Origin: an uncultured Thermoplasmata archaeon
GTDB lineage: Archaea; Thermoplasmatota; Thermoplasmata; GCA-020350865
Direction: 5' to 3'
DNA length: 43,605 nt
Assembly (NCBI GenBank): GCA_965372465.1
Contig: CBDVCK010000001.1
Location: 1-43,605 of the forward strand
Position 1 is the first letter of the stretch. Each line of letters begins with the position of its first letter. Shown in pieces: positions 41,876 to 43,605 of the stretch. The position numbers and the translations under genes are program-made. The notes beneath the pieces are model-generated. The model worked only from the letters and a program-made list of their open reading frames with translations, did no database searches and had not been told where the DNA came from.

Positions 41876-42091
41876 ATGGTGATGCCCACAAAGGTACTGG
41901 AAAACTCTATGAACAAGAAGATTTCACTTCTTTTGAAGGACTCGAGACTCCTTGAAGGGAAGCTCGTTGGATTTGATGATTATATGAACATGGTCCTGGA
42001 GGGGACGGAAGAGACCTACAACGATGAAGTGCGAAGACTAGGCACCATCATCATAAGAGGAAACAACGTGGTTAGTATCGCGCCTCAGTAG
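41876..42091 (+). CDS. Sm-like archaeal protein (LSm/SmAP)
   Basis: Sm1 motif ISLLLKDSRLLEGKLVGFDDYMNMVL and Sm2 motif LGTIIIRGNNVVSI. Length is 71 aa. The start could also be ATG 41882. Confidence 0.9.
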   Translation: MVMPTKVLENSMNKKISLLLKDSRLLEGKLVGFDDYMNMVLEGTEETYNDEVRRLGTIIIRGNNVVSIAPQ

Positions 42092-42100
42092 ATGGGGGAT

Positions 42101-42364
42101 TTAGATTTTATATCGTTTCATTGTCCTCTTCTTCTCCTTATCAACAAGCTCTTTTAGGTCTTTTTTGGTTAGCTTAAGTTCCTTGGCTCGTTTATCGAAG
42201 ATTTTAAAGGTAGCAATCAGTTCCTCGCTTTTCTTTATGATCACCATATCATCTAACTCTATGAATACCACATCTGTTCCTGGAATCAAACCCATGGCTT
42301 CTCTTATCTCAGCGGGTATCGTGACCTGACCTTTTGAGGTTATCTTGGATGTTCCTAGATACAA
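42101..42364 (-). CDS. AbrB/MazE/SpoVT family DNA-binding protein
   Basis: ITSKGQVTIPAEIREAMGLIPGTDVVF is the swapped-hairpin AbrB motif. TTG start with GGTGA 4-5 nt upstream. The tail is K/E-rich. Confidence 0.75.
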   Translation of the reverse strand: MYLGTSKITSKGQVTIPAEIREAMGLIPGTDVVFIELDDMVIIKKSEELIATFKIFDKRAKELKLTKKDLKELVDKEKKRTMKRYKI

Positions 42365-42541
42365 TTTATCACCGTAAGTAATGTATTACTTTCCTTACTT
42401 ATAACATTTCTGGTTTAAATATGGATATTCGAATATGACTACTATTAATGCATCATTTGTATTTTTAGAATATAAAAATGTAAATCGGGTAGACAAGGTA
42501 TATATATGACAAATTGCATAAGTTATTTACGGAGGGGCCAA

Positions 42542-43372
42542 GTGAAACAAACTACATCGAAGAGGATAGCGAGTCTACTGGTGTGTTTTTTATTAGTTCA
42601 GACTATATTTATGGGTTTAGACTTGATTTTCGAGGTTGTGCCGAGAGCCGGAGGAATAACGATCACGGTAGATGATAGTGGTGGGGCGGATTATTTAAGA
42701 ATTCAGGATGCTGTGGATAATGCGAGTGACGGGGATACGGTTTATGTTTATTCAGGGATTTATTATGAACATGTCCTAATGCATGGCAAAGAATATTTTA
42801 CATTGGAGGGGCAAAATAGAGATACAACGATAATTGATGGGAGCGGGACGGGTGTGGGAATACATTTCGAAACCTCTTATCACGGAGTTATTAAAAAATT
42901 TACTATCAGGAATGCTTTGGAAGGAATAATTATTCATGGTGAAAATTGCATAATTACTAATAATCGTATTCAAAATATGACCCTTGAGGGAATTGGAGTC
43001 CCATGGGTCTTTAACCTTGTATCCAATAATATTATTAATAATAGTATTGTAGGTATACATACTCTCGCAGCAAACACGCTCAAAGAGAATACAATAAATA
43101 ACTGTGATATTGGGATAGAAATCTTTGACAACGACAATTTTATCTATAACAATGTTATAAATGCTATTAGGGTTGGATTAAAGTTTGAAAGCCCTTATTA
43201 TACTCATAGCTATATAACTCAAAATAACACAGTAAATGGAGAGACCATTTATCATTTCTACGATATTCATGGGACACCTGGTAGCCCAATTATAATTGAC
43301 AATTTAGTGTTAGATAATTCTAATATCAGTAATATTGGGAAAATATCATTGGTTGATTGTAGTTACATTTAA
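42542..43372 (+). CDS. Secreted or anchored right-handed beta-helix protein, paralogue of gene 4579-7479, ending at an in-frame TAA
   Basis: GGITITVDDSGGADYLRIQDAVDNASDGDTVYVYSGIYYEHV resembles GGTTITVDDSGGADFFTITMAINAANEGDTVYVYSGTYYEHV in the 966-aa protein. I prefer GTG 42542 as the start, with GGAGGGG 4 nt upstream, because ATG 42506 sits inside the TATA-like tatatatatg element. Confidence 0.7.
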   Translation: MKQTTSKRIASLLVCFLLVQTIFMGLDLIFEVVPRAGGITITVDDSGGADYLRIQDAVDNASDGDTVYVYSGIYYEHVLMHGKEYFTLEGQNRDTTIIDGSGTGVGIHFETSYHGVIKKFTIRNALEGIIIHGENCIITNNRIQNMTLEGIGVPWVFNLVSNNIINNSIVGIHTLAANTLKENTINNCDIGIEIFDNDNFIYNNVINAIRVGLKFESPYYTHSYITQNNTVNGETIYHFYDIHGTPGSPIIIDNLVLDNSNISNIGKISLVDCSYI

Positions 43373-43605
43373 GTGAAAAATAATGTCCTTTCTAATAATT
43401 TTCCAGGTAGTGGCATCTTTGTTTATTCATCCCATAATATAACAATAGAAGGGAATTCCATCGATAATAACACAGGTTATATCTTTATATTTGATGGTGC
43501 TGGAGTTCAGATGTTTGGCTCAAACGATATCATGATTTCTAATAATACGATATTTAATAATGATGAGGGGATTTATTGTGGAATGGGGCGGGATGAATTA
43601 TTTAA
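43373..43605 (+). pseudogene. Same-frame continuation of the beta-helix ORF beyond the TAA at 43370-43372 (open to the window edge)
   Basis: Hand translation gives VKNNVLSNNFPGSGIFVYSSHNITIEGNSIDNNTGYIFIFDGAGVQMFGSNDIMISNNTIFNNDEGIYCGMGRDELF. These are the same PbH1-type turns, in the same frame as 42542-43372, with no stop before position 43605. Confidence 0.6.

Noticed and set aside
1-43605. A scan for tRNA, rRNA, transposase, integrase, and terminal inverted or direct repeats flanking the 28.5-31.9 kb island
   Set aside because: By eye I found no GTTCGAATC-type T-arm signatures, no rRNA-like stretches, no recombinase ORFs and no convincing flanking direct repeats. An Infernal, tRNAscan-SE or ISfinder run would be needed to exclude them formally.

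Overview
This is an archaeal chromosomal segment. Supporting evidence: tRNA (guanine26-N2)-dimethyltransferase Trm1, an Sm-like archaeal protein, a THEP1-type NTPase, TTTATATA-type TATA boxes about 25-45 nt upstream of start codons, and GGTGA/GGAGG ribosome-binding sites. I cannot assign a lineage from sequence alone. I support about 33 protein-coding genes and found no rRNA, tRNA, CRISPR array, transposase or integrase by eye.

Ordinary content:
- A tight four-gene acyl-CoA operon: crotonase, SDR, thiolase, DUF35.
- A split GlcD/GlcF-like FAD/Fe-S oxidase pair.
- PRPP synthetase, an M50 site-2 protease, AlaX, and a PUA/PP-loop/ferredoxin protein.
- A glyoxylate reductase and glycerate kinase pair, an EamA transporter, a Trm1 and NTPase pair, and Lrp and HTH_10 regulators.

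Accessory or unusual content:
1. An AT-rich three-gene island (about 28.5-31.9 kb). It encodes a PIN-GNAT-PUA-like (ASCH-type) fusion protein translationally coupled to a stand-alone ASCH protein, plus a divergent auto-inhibited Fic enzyme. No classical antitoxin is present. This is my best candidate for an undescribed toxin or defence-type module.
2. Three giant, module-sharing, membrane-anchored surface proteins: a beta-helix protein, a 2767-aa subtilase, and an integrin-like FG-GAP propeller protein. Their short predicted cytoplasmic tails are zinc ribbons (two proteins) or polyproline tracts (one).
3. A fourth beta-helix paralogue interrupted by a single in-frame TAA.
4. A perfect 16-bp palindrome in a divergent regulator/oxidoreductase promoter.

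All family calls rest on motifs I recognise by eye. No searches were run.
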